NCBI RefSeq assembly: GCF_030028105.1
Contig: NC_092372.1
Span: 125,411,492-125,475,491, forward strand
Length of the DNA: 64,000 nt
Reading direction: 5' to 3'
From: Mobula birostris
Lineage: Eukaryota
The notes below the pieces were generated by a model. It was not told where the DNA came from. It did no database searches and worked only from the letters and a program-made list of their open reading frames with translations. This document shows positions 51,766-64,000 of this stretch, one piece after another (position 1 is the first letter of the stretch; the number at the start of each line of letters is the position of its first letter). A program made the position numbers and the translations under genes.

Positions 51766-51869
51766 CAACACACAGAAAAGTTCCTGGTGAACGCAGCAGG
51801 CCAAGCAGCATCTCTAGGAAGAGGTGCTGCTTGGCCTGCTGCGTTCACCAGCAACTTTTATGTGTGTTG
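51766..51869. repeat. Near-perfect inverted repeat from a Penelope terminus
   Basis: 49-nt arms 51766-51814 and 51821-51869 with 3 differences (one is a G.U pair in + strand RNA); 6-nt loop TAGGAA. Confidence 0.9.
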
Positions 51870-52879
51870 CTTGAATTTCCAGCATCTGCAGAATTCCTGT
51901 TGTTTGCGTTTTTAAACACAACAGTTAATACTGGCCAAGTAATCCAGAGGCTTGGATTAACTATCATGGTAGGCTGTGGATTTGCTTCAGTTAATAATCT
52001 TGAATTTCCAAGTTTAAAGTTCAAAGTATATTTTATTATCCAAGTAAATATATGTCACCATATTCATTTTCCTGTGCGCATTCTCAATAAATCTATGGAA
52101 TAGTAACTATAGCAGGATCAATGAAAGATCAACTAGAGCGCAGAAGACAACAAACTGTGCAAATGTAAATATAAATAAATAGCAATAAATAACAAGAACA
52201 TGAGCTAACAAGATACAGAGAACTTAAAGTGAGATCACTGGTTGTGGGAACATCTCAATGGATGAACAAGTGAGTGTAGTTATCACCTTTTTTCAAGAGC
52301 CTGGTGGTTGTGGGGTAGTAAATGTTCTCGAACATGGTGGCGTGAGCCCTGAGGCTCCTGTAACTTCTACCTGATGGCAGCAGTGAACAAAGAGTCTGGC
52401 CTAGGTGGTGAGGATCTTTGATGATGGGTGCTGGTTCCCTACAACAGCTTTTCATGCAGATGTGCTCAATAGTTGGGAGAGCTTTTCCCATGATGGACTG
52501 AGCTGAATCCACGACTTTTTGTAGGATTTTCTGTTCAAAGCCATCAATGGTTGGCATGGATTTGATGGGCTGAAGGGTCTGTTTCTATGATGCAGCACTC
52601 TGAAACTTTGTGTGTGAAACTAATGGAAGGCAACTTCATTAACTGTTCTAAACATGCAATGAAACTGTTGAGAATGGGAAAGTTGCAAGTTAAGTGGAGA
52701 CGGTGGGGATGTTGGACTAAACATGACTGCTATTTAAAAACTCAATATGGGCATGCTTCCTTCTGTAAGACTTCTGAGCGTTGTGTCCTTCAGTGTTTCT
52801 TGATGTAAGTGTATAGATATTGGATTGTGAAGGGCTTCGCAGTGCTGCTCAATTCAACAAACGTAAAATAAGATGAGAG

Positions 52880-55075
52880 AGGATGCGTTGGAACTGAAAC
52901 CAGTGTAGTATGCCTAAACAATGGAAGCTACAACAGGATGAAGGAGGTGTTGGATAGGGTAAGCTGAGAACATAGGAAATATGGTGGGACGGTTGAGGAA
53001 CAATGGAAGACTTTCACAGTGCTCAACCAAAGTATATTGCAGTTAAAAGTAAGGACAGTAAGGGTGGGGAGAGCCAGCCTTGGATAACTAAGGAAGTAAA
53101 GGAAGGTATCAAACTAAAAGCTCGTGCGTACATGATCGCCAAGAGTAGTGGGAAACTGGAAGACTGGGAAAACTTTAAAAACAATAAAGAACCACAAATC
53201 GGGCAATAAAAAAAGGAAAGACAGATTAAGAAAATAAACTAGCACAAACTATAAAAATTAATAGTAAAAGTCTTTATAATTATATAAAGTGGAAAAGGAT
53301 GGTCAAAGTGAATGTAGGTCCCTTGGAGGACGAGAAGGAGGAATTGATATTGGGTAATGAGGAAATGGCTAAGGCTTTGGATGACTATTCTGTGTCGGTC
53401 TCCATGGTGGAAGGACATGTCTAATATGCCAAAAAGAGATGATATGGATGCGATGGGAGGTGAGGGCCTCAATACCATAACTATCACTGAAGAGGTAGTG
53501 CTGAGCAAACTAGTGGGCCTAAAGATAGACAAGTCCCCTGGTCCTGATGGAATTCATTACAGGGTACTGAAAGAAATGGCAGAAGTTGTAGTTGAGGCTT
53601 TGGTGATAATTTACCAAAATTCTCTGGACTCTGGGCAGGTCTCAGCAGAGAAGGTAGATGTCACACCACTGTTCAAAAAAAGATGTAGGCAAAAGGCAGG
53701 TAACTATATGCTTGGTGGTTTAATATCTGTAGTTGGAAAAATGCTTGAAGCTATCAGTAAAGAAGAAATAGCGAGGTATCTGGAAAGAAATAGATCCATC
53801 AGGCAGACACAGCATGGACTCAGCAAAGGTAGGTCCTGTTTGACAAACTTACCGGAGTTCTTTGAAGATATAACAAGTGCAGTGGATAGCGAGGAATTGA
53901 TGGACGTTACTTACTTGTATTTCCAGAATGCTTTTGATAAGGTGCAACATAAAAGACATCGATAAGATAAGGATGCATAGAGTTGGGGATGATGTATTTG
54001 CATAGAGAGAGGATTAGTTAACTAATAGAAAGCAGGGAGTTCGGATACATGGGGTTTTTCTCTGGTTGGCAATCAGTAGTGAGCGGTGTTCCGCAGGGGT
54101 CTGTGTGGGGCCCACAACTGTTTACAATATACATTAATGATCTGGAAGAGGAGATCGAGTGTAGTGTTTCTAAGTTTGCTGATGACACTAAAAATTGAGT
54201 GGAAAAGCAGATTGTGCAGAGGATACGGAGAGTCTGCAGAGAGATATAGATAGGTTTAGTGAGTGGGCAAGGGTCTGGCAGATGAAGTACAATGTTGGTA
54301 AATGCAAGGTCATCCACTTTGGAAGGAAGAATGGAAGAGCAGATTATTATAGAATCTGCTGTGCAGAGGGACGTGGGAGTGCTTATGCATGAATCGCAAA
54401 TGGTTGGTTTGCAGGTGCAGGCTATCAAGAAGGCAAATGGAATGTTTACCTTCATTGCGAGAGGGATTGATTTTAAGAGCAGGGAGGTTATGCTGCAGCT
54501 GTACAGGGTACTGGTGAGGAAGCGTCTGGACTACTTTGTGCGGTTCTTGAAGAAGGATGTTCTGGCTTTGGAAGCGGCGCAGAGGAGGTTCACCAGGTTG
54601 ATTCCAGATATAAGGGGGCTAGATCATGAGGAGAGATTGAGTTGCCTGGGACTGTACTCACTGGAATTCAGAAGGATGAGAGAAGATCTTAGCGAAACAG
54701 ATAAAATTATGAAAAAGATAGATAAGACAGAAGCAGAAAAGATGTTTCCACTGGTGGGTAAGACTAGCACTAGGGGACATAGAAACCATAGAAAAACTAC
54801 AGCACAGAAACAGGCCTTTTGGCCCTTCTTGGCTGTGCCGAATAGATTTGGGGGAGTAAATTTAGGACAAAGATGAGGAGGAGTGGAGGCTACCTCAGTA
54901 AATATATTTAAGACAAGATTGGATAGAATTTTGTATAGCAGGTGAATTAAGGGTTATGTGGAAAAGGCAGGTAGGTGGAGATGAATCCATGGTCAGATCA
55001 GCCATGATCCTATTGAATGGTGGAGCAGGCTCGACAGGCCAGATGGTCTACTCCTGCTCCTATTTCTTATGTTAT
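52880..55075 (+). mobile_element. Decayed CR1 ORF2 in APOBEC2 intron 1
   Basis: DKSPGPDG, GRSCLTNL, FQNAFDKV, ERLSCLGLYSLEFRRMR; CR1 3' end at about 55030-55075. Confidence 0.88.
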
Positions 55076-56164
55076 TATAATTGAAAATTGGGGATTTGCA
55101 ACACTTTGATTCTGTCAAGCACCTTTTATACATCTTATAACAAACAACAATTAACTCAGAGTGGATTATTCATATGCATGTTTATTTTACTTGCCACAAG
55201 GGAAGGATCACTACACAAGAGCTGGTAGTCGCTTCAAAAACATACAGTGTAGTCTTTCATTTATAGACAAGTGTTATCTACCCGTGCCAGGTCAAGGAGA
55301 GGGTGCATTCTGTTAATCTAATTAATCAGTGTACTTGGCATTCTTCCGGTAACTGAATACACTTATCTTTCTGCAGTTTGTCATTTACTCAAGGTCCGTC
55401 AGCATAATGTCGCACGAACTCTAATAGCAAAGCACTCTGGTCCAATACAGGTTCCATTTTGTCAAAGACAAAACTGCCATCTTGTTACTTCAAGTAAATT
55501 ATATTTTCATCTAATACACTAATACACCAATACGTGCACATTGGCACTCAATGACATGCTCCCTATCCTTGTACATTCCCCTCATTTCCTTTGGAGTATG
55601 GATGACCTGCACCAGCCATGGTCACTCTTGTGGCAGCAGGACTTCACCACAGCTGTGACATTACTCGGCATCTATGCAACTATTCCAGATCTGTGCATCT
55701 GCTCCAGGCTTGTGAATTTATTCAAAACAGAGTCCTGGCTTCAGTTCAAAGTTCAAATAAATTTATTATCAAAGTACATATGTGTCACGATATAAAACCA
55801 TGAGATTGATTTTCTTGTGGGTATTCACAGTAAATCCATAATAGAATAATATTGATAATAGAATCAATGAAAGACCGCACCAACGTGGGTGTTTGACCAG
55901 TGTGCATAGACAACAAACTGTGAAAATACAAAAAAAAGAAGAAATAACAAACAAACAGATAAATAAATACATATCGAGACCATGAGATGAAGTACCTTGA
56001 AAGTGAATCCATAGGTTGTGGGAACAGATCAGTGATGGAGCAAGTGAAGTTGAGTGAAGTTATCCCTTTGGTTCAAGAGCTTGATGGTTGGGGGTGATAA
56101 CTGTTCCTGAACCTGGTGGTGTGAGTCCTAAGGCTCCTGTACCTTCTTCCTGATGGCTGCAGGA

Positions 56165-58654
56165 AACATAAAGTTGTGGTGGTAGGGGATTTTAATTTTC
56201 CATATATTGATTGGGACTTCCATACTGTTAGGGGTCTAGATGGTTTAGAGTTTGTAAAATGTGTTCAGGAAAGTTTTCTAAATCAATATATAGAGGGACC
56301 AACTAGAGGGGATGCAATATTGGATCTCCTGTTAGGAAATGAGTTAGGACAAGTGACGGAAGTCTGTGTAGGGGAGCACTTTGGTTCCAGTGATCATAAC
56401 ACCGTTAGTTTCAATTTGATCATGGACAAAGATAGATCTGGTCCTAGGGTTGAGGTTCTGAACTGGAAGAAGGCCAAATTTGAAGAAATGAGAAAGGATC
56501 TAAAAAGCGTGGATTGGGACAGGTTGCTCTCTGGCAAAGATGTGATCGGTAGGTGGGAAGCCTTCAAAGGAGAAATTTTGAGAGTGCAGAATTTGTATGT
56601 TCCTGTCAGGATTAAAGGCAAAGTGAATAGGAATAAGGAACCTTGGTTCTCAAGGGATATTGCAACTCTGATAAAGAAAGAGTTGTATGACATGTAAAGG
56701 AAACGGAGTAAATACAGTGCTTGAGGAGTACAAGAAGTGCAAGAAAATACTTAAGAAAGAAATCAGGAGGGCTAAAAGAAGACATGAGGTTGCCTTGGCA
56801 GTCAAAGTGGAGGATAATCCAAAGAGCTTTTACAGGTATATTAAGAGCAAAAGGATTGTAAGGGATAAAATTGGTCCTCTTGAAGATCAGAGTGGTCGGC
56901 TATGTGTGGAACCAAAGGAAATGGGGGAGATCTTAAATAGGTTTTTTGCGTCTGTATTTACTAAAGAAACTGGCATGAAGTCTATGGAATTAAGGGAAAC
57001 AAGTAGTGAGATCATGGAAACTGTACAGATTGAAAAGGAGGAGGTGCTTGCTGTCTTGAGGAAAATTAAAGTGGATAAATCCCCGGGACCTGACAGGGTG
57101 TTCCCTCGGACCTTGAAGGAGATTAGTGTTGAGATTGCAGGGGCCCTGGCAGAAATATTTAAAATATCGCTGTCTACAGGTGAGGTGCCGGAGGATTGGA
57201 GAGTGGCTCATGTTGTTCAGTTGTTTAAAAAAGGATCAAAAAGTAATCCGGGAAATTATAGGCCGGTAAGTTTAACGTCGGTAGTAGGTAAGTTATTGGA
57301 GGGAGTACTAAGGGACAGAATCTACAAGCATTTGGATAGACAGGGACTTATTAGGGAGAGTCAACATGGCTTTGTGCGTGGTAGGTCATGTTTGACCAAT
57401 CTATTGGAGTTTTTCGAGGAGGTTACCTGGAAAGTGGATGAAGGGAAGGCAGTGGATATTGTCTACATAGACTTAAGTAAAGCCTTTGACAAGGTCCCGC
57501 ATGGGAGGTTAGTTAGGAAAATTCAGTTGCTAGGTATACATGGAGAGGCGGTAAATTGGATTAGACATTGGCTCAATGGAAGAAGCCAAAGAGTAGTAGT
57601 AGAGAATTGCTTCTCCGAATGGAGGCCTGTGACTAGTGGTGTGCCACAGGGATCAGTGCTGGGTCCATTGTTATTTGTCATCTATATCAATGATCTGGAT
57701 GATAATGTGGTAAATTGGATTAGCAAATTTGCTGATGATACAAAGATTGGAGGTGTAGTAGACAGTGAGGAAGATTTTCAGAGCCTGCAGAGGGACTTGG
57801 ACCAGCTGGAAAAATGGGCTGAAAAATGGCAGATAGAGTTTAATACAGACAAATGTGAGGTATTGCACATTGGAAGGACAAACCAAGGCAGAACATACAG
57901 GGTTAATGGTAAGGCATTGAGGAGTGTAGTAGAACAGAGGGATCTGGGAATACAGATACAAAATTCCCTAAAAGTGGCGTCACAGGTAGATAGGGTCGTA
58001 AAGAGAGCTTTTGGTACATTGGCCTTTATTAATCAAAGTATTTAGTATAAGAGCTGGAATGTTATGATGAGGTTGTATAAGGCATTGGTGAGGCCGAATC
58101 TGGAGTATTGTGTTCAGTTTTGGTCACCAAATTACAGGAAGGATATAAATAAGGTTGAAAGAGTGCAGAGAAGGTTTACAAGGATGTTGCCGGGACTTGA
58201 GAAACTCAGTTACAGAGAAAGGTTGAATAGGTTAGGACTTTACTCCCTGGAGCGTAGAAGAATGAGGGGAGATTTGATAGAGGTATATAAAATTATGATG
58301 GGTATAGATAGAGTGAATGCAAGCAGGCTTTTTCCACTGAGGCAAGGGGAGAAAAAAACCAGAGGACATGGGTTAAGGGTGAGGGGGGAAAAGTTTAAAG
58401 GGAACATTAGGGGGGGCTTCTTCACACAGAGAGTGGTGGGAGTATGGAATGAGCTGCCAGACGAGGTGGTAAATGCGGGTTCTTTTTTAACATTTAAGAA
58501 TAAATTGGACAGATACATGGATGGGAGGTGTATGGAGGGATATGGTCCGTGTGCAGGTCAGTGGGACTAGGCAGAAAATGGTTCGGCACAGCCAAGAAGG
58601 GCCAAAAGGCCTGTTTCTGTGCTGTAGTTTTTCTATGGTTTCTATGGTTTTCTA
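56165..58654 (+). mobile_element. Young CR1 (copy B), nearly identical to copy A, inserted in an older Rex1-type repeat
   Basis: ORFs 56176-56697, 56687-58045 and 58064-58570; premature TAG at 58043-58045 where copy A encodes Glu; (TTCTATGG)n tail. Confidence 0.95.
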
Positions 58655-59259
58655 AGAGAGTATGTCCTGGGTGATGGGGGTCCCTGATGATGGAAGGCCC
58701 TTCAAAACAGTTTGCTATCTTGTGTGTTCCTTAGAGCTTCTCCCCACTACCCACAATGTACCCCAACCATCCCTCATTTCCCCACCATGAACCTAATAAC
58801 CTGGCCAAACATGACACAACTTTTCCTCGCCATCGATCTGCCACTAGCATCCCTTCCACTTAGCAACCTTGGGCTGAACCTTTCCCGCTGACAGACACTT
58901 GCCCCACTATCTTTCAAATGCTTCATCCTTCCCTCAACCCACGCATCCTCTCTTCCTTGACTGCCGGGGCCCCGAGCTGACCTCAGAATTCCTTCGTCCA
59001 GTACAGTGTGTTGAAGGGGAGATCCTTTATCATGCAGGATTCATTCAGAGTGTGGAAGTTCTTTGATTACGTGAGGTCTGGAGGTGGAGGTGGGAGGGAG
59101 GGTAGCCTTTGAACAAAATAACTACTGAGTCACGAGAGCCCAGCTGGTGTGACTTTTCAGTGCTGATCAAAATCTCGGGAGGGAGCAATTCGGCCGGATG
59201 AATTCCTCGCTTGGAACCTGCATTGTGTGAGGGCGAACAATTGCATGGACAAATGTTCA

Positions 59260-61085
59260 GCAAGGCCTTTGGCAAAGACCTAGCTGGGAGGCTGGTCCAC
59301 AAGGTTCAGTCACATGGCACTTAGGATGTTGTAGCAATTTATACTCAGCATTGGCTTAGCAGAAGCTTGAGCATGATAGTAGATAGTGGCCTCCCTGACC
59401 AGAGGCCTGTGACTAGTGACGTGCTGCAGGGACTGGTGCTAGGTCCATTGTTCAGTTAGTCATCCATATCAATGATCTGGATGATAAAGTGGTCAACTGG
59501 ATCAGCAAGTTTGCATTTGACACCAAGATTGGGGGTGTAGTGGACAGCGAGGAAGGCCGCCATGGCTTGCAGCGGGATCTGGACCAACTGGAAAAATGGC
59601 AGATGGAATTTAAGGCAGACAAGTGTGAGGTTTCTCAATTTGGGAGGACAAACCAAAGAAGGACTTATACGGTGAACAATAGAGCAATAAAGAGTGTGGT
59701 AGAGTAAAGGAATCTGGAAACTCAGATCTGTAATTCCTCAGAAGTGGCATCACAGGTAGACAGGGCCGTAAAAAGAGCTTTGGGTACATTGCTCTTCATA
59801 GATCAGAGCACTGAGTACAGAAGTTGGGATGTTGTGTTGAAGCTGTATAAGACATCAATGAGGCAAAATTTGGAGTATTGTGTGCAGTTTATGGTCACCT
59901 ACCAATGAGATTGACAGAATACAGAAAAATTTACAAGAATGCTACCAGAACTGATAGCCAGAATTATAGGGAAAAGTTGAATAGGTTAAGAGTTTGTTCC
60001 TGGAATGTAGGAGAATGAGAGGAGATTTGATAGAGATATACAAAGTTATCTTTGGAACGTACAAGGTTGAGGGGGTGCTTGATAGAGGTATGTGGGCATG
60101 TGGCCAAGTGGTTAAGGCATTGGATTTGCTACCTGAAGGTTGTGAGTTCGAGCCCCAGTCGAGACAACGTGTTGTGTCCTTAGGCAAGGCACTTAATCAC
60201 ACATTGCTCTGCGATGACACCGGTGCCAAGCTGTATGGGTCCTAATGCCCTTCCCTTGGACAACATTGGTGTCGTGGAGAGGGGAGACTTGCAGCATGGG
60301 CAACTGCTGGTCTTCCATACAACCTTGCCCAGAGTGGCGACTTTCCAGGTGCAGATCCATGGTCTCACAAGACTAACGGATGATAGAGGTATTTAAAATT
60401 ATGATGGGGATAGATAGAGTTGATGTGGATAGGCTTTTTCCATTGAGAGTGGGGGAGATTCAAACAAGAGGACACGAGTTGAGAGTTAAAGGGCAAAAGT
60501 TTAAGGGTAACATGAGGGGGAGCGTCTTTACTGAGAGAGTGGTAGCTGTGTGGAACGAGCTTCCAGCAGAAGTGGTTGAAGCAGGTTCAATGTTGTTGTT
60601 TAAAGTTAAAATTGGACAGGTATATGGACAAGAAAGGAATGGAGGGTTATGGGCTGAGTGCAGGTCAGTGGGACTAGGTGAGAGTAAGAGTTCAGCATGG
60701 ACTAGAAGGGCTGAGATGACCTGTTTCCATGCTGTAATTGTTATATGGTTACGAGGGGTATAGGTAGGGTAAATGCAAGCAGGCTTTATCCACTGACCAG
60801 AACTATAGGTCATAGATTAAGGGTCAAAGGTGAAATATTTAAGTGGAACTTGAGAGGGAAGCATCTTTACTCAGAGGGTGGTGTGAGTGAGGAATAAGCT
60901 GGCAGGAGAAGTTGTGGATGGGTCTGATTGGAACATTTCAGAGAAGCTTGGATCAGTACATTGATGGGAGGAGTATGAAGGACTGTGGCCACATGCAAGT
61001 TGATAGGACTAGACAGAATAATGGTTCAGCACAGACTAGATGGGCCAAAGGGTCTGTTTTTATCCTGGAGTGCTCCATGATTCTA
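59260..61085 (+). mobile_element. Stacked CR1 3' fragments with an embedded SINE
   Basis: NWISKF..DTKIGGVVDS, RRMRGDLIE and TRGHELRVKG motifs. Confidence 0.82.
60091..60380 (+). mobile_element. tRNA-derived SINE
   Basis: A box TGGCCAAGTGG, B box GAGTTCGAGCC; 11-bp TSD TGATAGAGGTA at 60080-60090 and 60381-60391. Confidence 0.88.
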
Positions 61086-62064
61086 TGACTGACAGACCAG
61101 GCAGGTTGCCTCTTTAAAATGGCCTTTCTTTCCTCTGTGAGTGGCTGGCAATATTACTCCCAGTTTACTGCCACGTCCTCCTGCTGAGATAAAGAGAGTT
61201 AAAAATACACTTGAAATTCCATTTCAATGAGCCACTGCAGTGAGCAGAGAAGAACTGGCCACAGATATCACTGGAAAATAATGTGGGGGTAGATCTGCAA
61301 AAGCACATCACCCTTGAACTGTCAGTGACACCAGAATTGTTGGGCATATCTCACAATTCTCTGATCAGAGCTGGGATAGTGGGATAAAGCCTTTAATCTC
61401 AGAGCTGCTGTTTCTGCCACCGTACACAATATATACTCTGAACGCATAAAAGGGGAGATATTGATACATTTAAAAATTTCATTTACATAGAATTATTTAT
61501 TTGTATATCGCAAAATGTGCCAGTTATAAATTATATTAAAGTGCTCTCCTTCTTCTTGGGCCATTAGCTCCCAGTGGATCGGCAGCTATTGATGAGCTCT
61601 GATCTCCATCGTCCTCTGAAGTCGATGGTATGGTTGGAGATCATCAATGTTTCTGCAATCCATTATATCCACTGTACAGGGCTCTGGCCTGTGCAGCTTC
61701 ACCAGAGCCCTGTTGGCCGTCCTTACCTGTTTCCACCTCTCGTGATGGGGGTTGAACTTTGAGAGGCGTATGCACTGTTATGTAAGGAGACACTGTTGTC
61801 ATCAAGCATATTTTTTGTAGTCCTATCTCATAAGCAACACTTGGACAGGCCATAAACCAGCTTGTGTGGTGATGCTGGCTGTTGCATCAACATATTCCAG
61901 AACTTGGGTTTTACCTGGAAAATTTACTTTTGCTGATTCAGGGCTATTTTCTCTTCAGAAGATTCACTGTAGAGAAATGACTAGAGAAATTAAGGGGGAC
62001 TTCTGCCGTGGACTCAGCGGCTGAAGAGCTGTTTCTGCATAATATTGCCCTCTCCGTAACTTAA

Positions 62065-62530
62065 AAAAGAAAAGTCCCCGGCTTGATTGGACAATGTCTC
62101 AGTGACTGCAGAAGTAACAGATGCATCAATAAGTGATCTTTGGAAAGTCCCCAGGTTCTGGACCAATTCCAGCAGATTGAAACATGTCAAATATACCTGC
62201 TAGTTAAAGGGAGAATGGAAATAAACATTGAAATGTGAACCAGTTAGCCTGACACCCATTCTCAGCAAGATGTTTTAACTCATCTTTACAATCAGGTTCA
62301 AAAATCATTTATAAACTCTAAGTGTGACTAGGCAGAATCAGCAAGGTTTTGAGAGGGGTAAATCAGGTTTGAAGAACCTATTAAGAAATTTTAACAAGTT
62401 ATCTGGTACGGCAGAGAAGGCAAATCATTCCTAAAATGGGATTTTAGAAAGACATTTGACAAGCTTATTCCATCAAAGGGGCACTGAGGTTTTGATTGAG
62501 ATAAAGGTTTAGTTAAAAGATAGAAAATAG
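62065..62530 (+). mobile_element. Very old CR1 RT remnant just upstream of APOBEC2 exon 2
   Basis: Eroded KSPG.DG, VPADW, PVSLT, QHGF and FDK motifs recognisable at DNA level. Confidence 0.55.
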
Positions 62531-62640
62531 AATGGGTCCTCTACTTGTTGGTAAGCACTCACTATGTAAAATTGTTTATGGTTGAGGCAAAAGTCCTGTT
62601 GTTTTCTTGGCAATAACATCTGCTCTTTTTTAAATTCCAG

Positions 62641-63175
62641 ACAGCAAATACCTTCTATTTTCTTCAAGTTCCAGTTCAAAAACGTAGAATACAGCTCAGG
62701 AAGGAATAAGACATTTTTGTGCTATTCAGTGGAACAGCAAGGTGCAGATTGCCAGAAGATGCAAGGATACGTGGAGGACGAGCACACAAGTACGCATGCA
62801 GAAGAGGCCTTCTTTGCAGAGGTCTTCAAGGAATGCAATGGCAGTTTGAAGTACTCCATCACTTGGCACGTCTCCTCCAGCCCTTGTGCAGCCTGCGCTT
62901 CCAAAATTGCAGAATTCCTGAAGAAGAGCCCCAACGTCCGCCTCACCATCTTCATGGCTCGCTTGTTCATGTGGGAAGAGCCTGAGATCCAACAAGGTCT
63001 TCAGCTGCTGAAAGCTGCTGGTTGCCGACTGAAGATCATGAAGGCTCCTGAGTATAACTACTGCTGGAGCACTTACGTTGAAAATGAGGGGGAATCTTTC
63101 GTACCCTGGGAAGACCTACAGCCCAGCAGCTTGGCATATGAAGGGATTCTAAATGAAATTCTACAACGTGCCTAG
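62641..63175 (+). CDS. APOBEC2: APOBEC2 coding exon 2 (cytidine-deaminase-like domain)
   Basis: Acceptor tttttaaattccAG at 62640; FKFQFKNVEYSSGRNKTFLCY, HAEEAFF, SSSPCAAC and RLFMWEEPEIQ are APOBEC2-diagnostic; TAG at 63173-63175. Confidence 0.97.
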
Positions 63176-64000
63176 AAGGGTGAGGCATTCTGACGTGTCC
63201 CCAAATTTGGTGGTTCCCACTGCCTGATGTTTTTATTGCCTCATTGTATGTTTGCTGTGAGCACTTATTAGTTTTTATTGATTTACACATGGGAAGGAAA
63301 GGTAAGAGTGACAGTGTCAATATTGAAAGTTTGGTTAACTCTATTGATTTATGCCAATAAAATTAGGGGTTCGAGGGAATGAGTCTTGGGATAACAATTC
63401 TGTCTCTGAGTCAGATAGGGAAGAATTTGGAAGTTTCTATGAGTGAAGACCAGAGCTCTAAATATAATTCATATTAATTGGGTGTTGGTGATCATCCCAT
63501 CTGTGTCTACAGCTTGTTGGGAGTCCATGGCATTCTCCAAAATGAAAGACAGCAACCTGGTGCAAAGGTAGTCATAGTTGTGGGGGTGGTGTTTGCTTTG
63601 TAATCTGTCAGACTATAAGTAAGTCTGCAAGACCTTTCAAGGACTAATGCAATGTTACAAAAAAAAAAGGGGAACAGAGATATTCTTTTGGTTCATAACA
63701 ATGATCAATAAATGTTTCACCAAACAGCCAACGTTAAATGGCTAGTTAGAAGCAGTTATGATGGGAAACATCTTGCAGTGTTTTGGAATAGTGCAGTCAT
63801 GTGCATGTCATGTTTCATATCCCAAACTCCCGATCATGGTTTGTGTCAATAAACAGGCAGACCAGGACACCTCTCAGAATTGTACCACAAGGGTAACAGA
63901 CACATGAACAAATGATAACTACAGGAATTAACAATGGATGATTGGAGAGCTTACAAACATAATTTCCCTAGTATACAATGTGAAATTGCATTAAGACTGA

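Noticed and set aside
60091-60165. tRNA gene (also 2410-2483)
   Set aside because: A/B boxes continue into a SINE body flanked by TSDs; no complete cloverleaf.
62582-62640. ORF-track N-terminus MRQKSCCFLGNNICSFLNSR as the APOBEC2 start
   Set aside because: Intronic: it begins at TTG and includes the pyrimidine tract and AG at 62640. The real N-terminus comes from the exon at 47814.
62641-63175. AID, APOBEC1 or a novel deaminase
   Set aside because: SSSPCAAC, NVEYSSGRNKTFLCY and LFMWEEPEI are APOBEC2-specific; AID-type SWSPC is absent.

Overview
Eukaryotic, TE-dominated vertebrate DNA. The repeat families (HE1/V-SINE-like SINEs, CR1, Rex1, Penelope) suggest a cartilaginous fish, probably a ray; this is inference. 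I can support one host gene: APOBEC2 on the + strand. Coding exon 1 is 47814-47926, coding exon 2 is 62641-63175, intron 1 is 14.7 kb, and the product is 215 aa with an intact HAE...PCAAC Zn site. A CArG box lies upstream and a probable 3'UTR intron donor lies 4 nt after the stop. Most of the rest is nested mobile DNA: many CR1 LINEs (one near full length, two near-identical young copies in inverted orientation), an internally deleted Gmr1-type Gypsy element (SCAN-like Gag, PR-IN-RT-RH order, tRNA-Pro PBS), an apparently full-length RTE LINE inserted in a CR1, Penelope-like elements with minimal hammerhead-ribozyme motifs, Rex1 and L1/Tx1 fragments, a solo LTR, hAT MITEs, two decayed DNA transposases and several SINEs. 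There is no CRISPR array, rRNA or true tRNA gene. I found no clearly novel host-gene system; the best leads are RNA-level (ribozymes) and retroelement architecture. All alignments were done by eye, so ends of older repeats are approximate.
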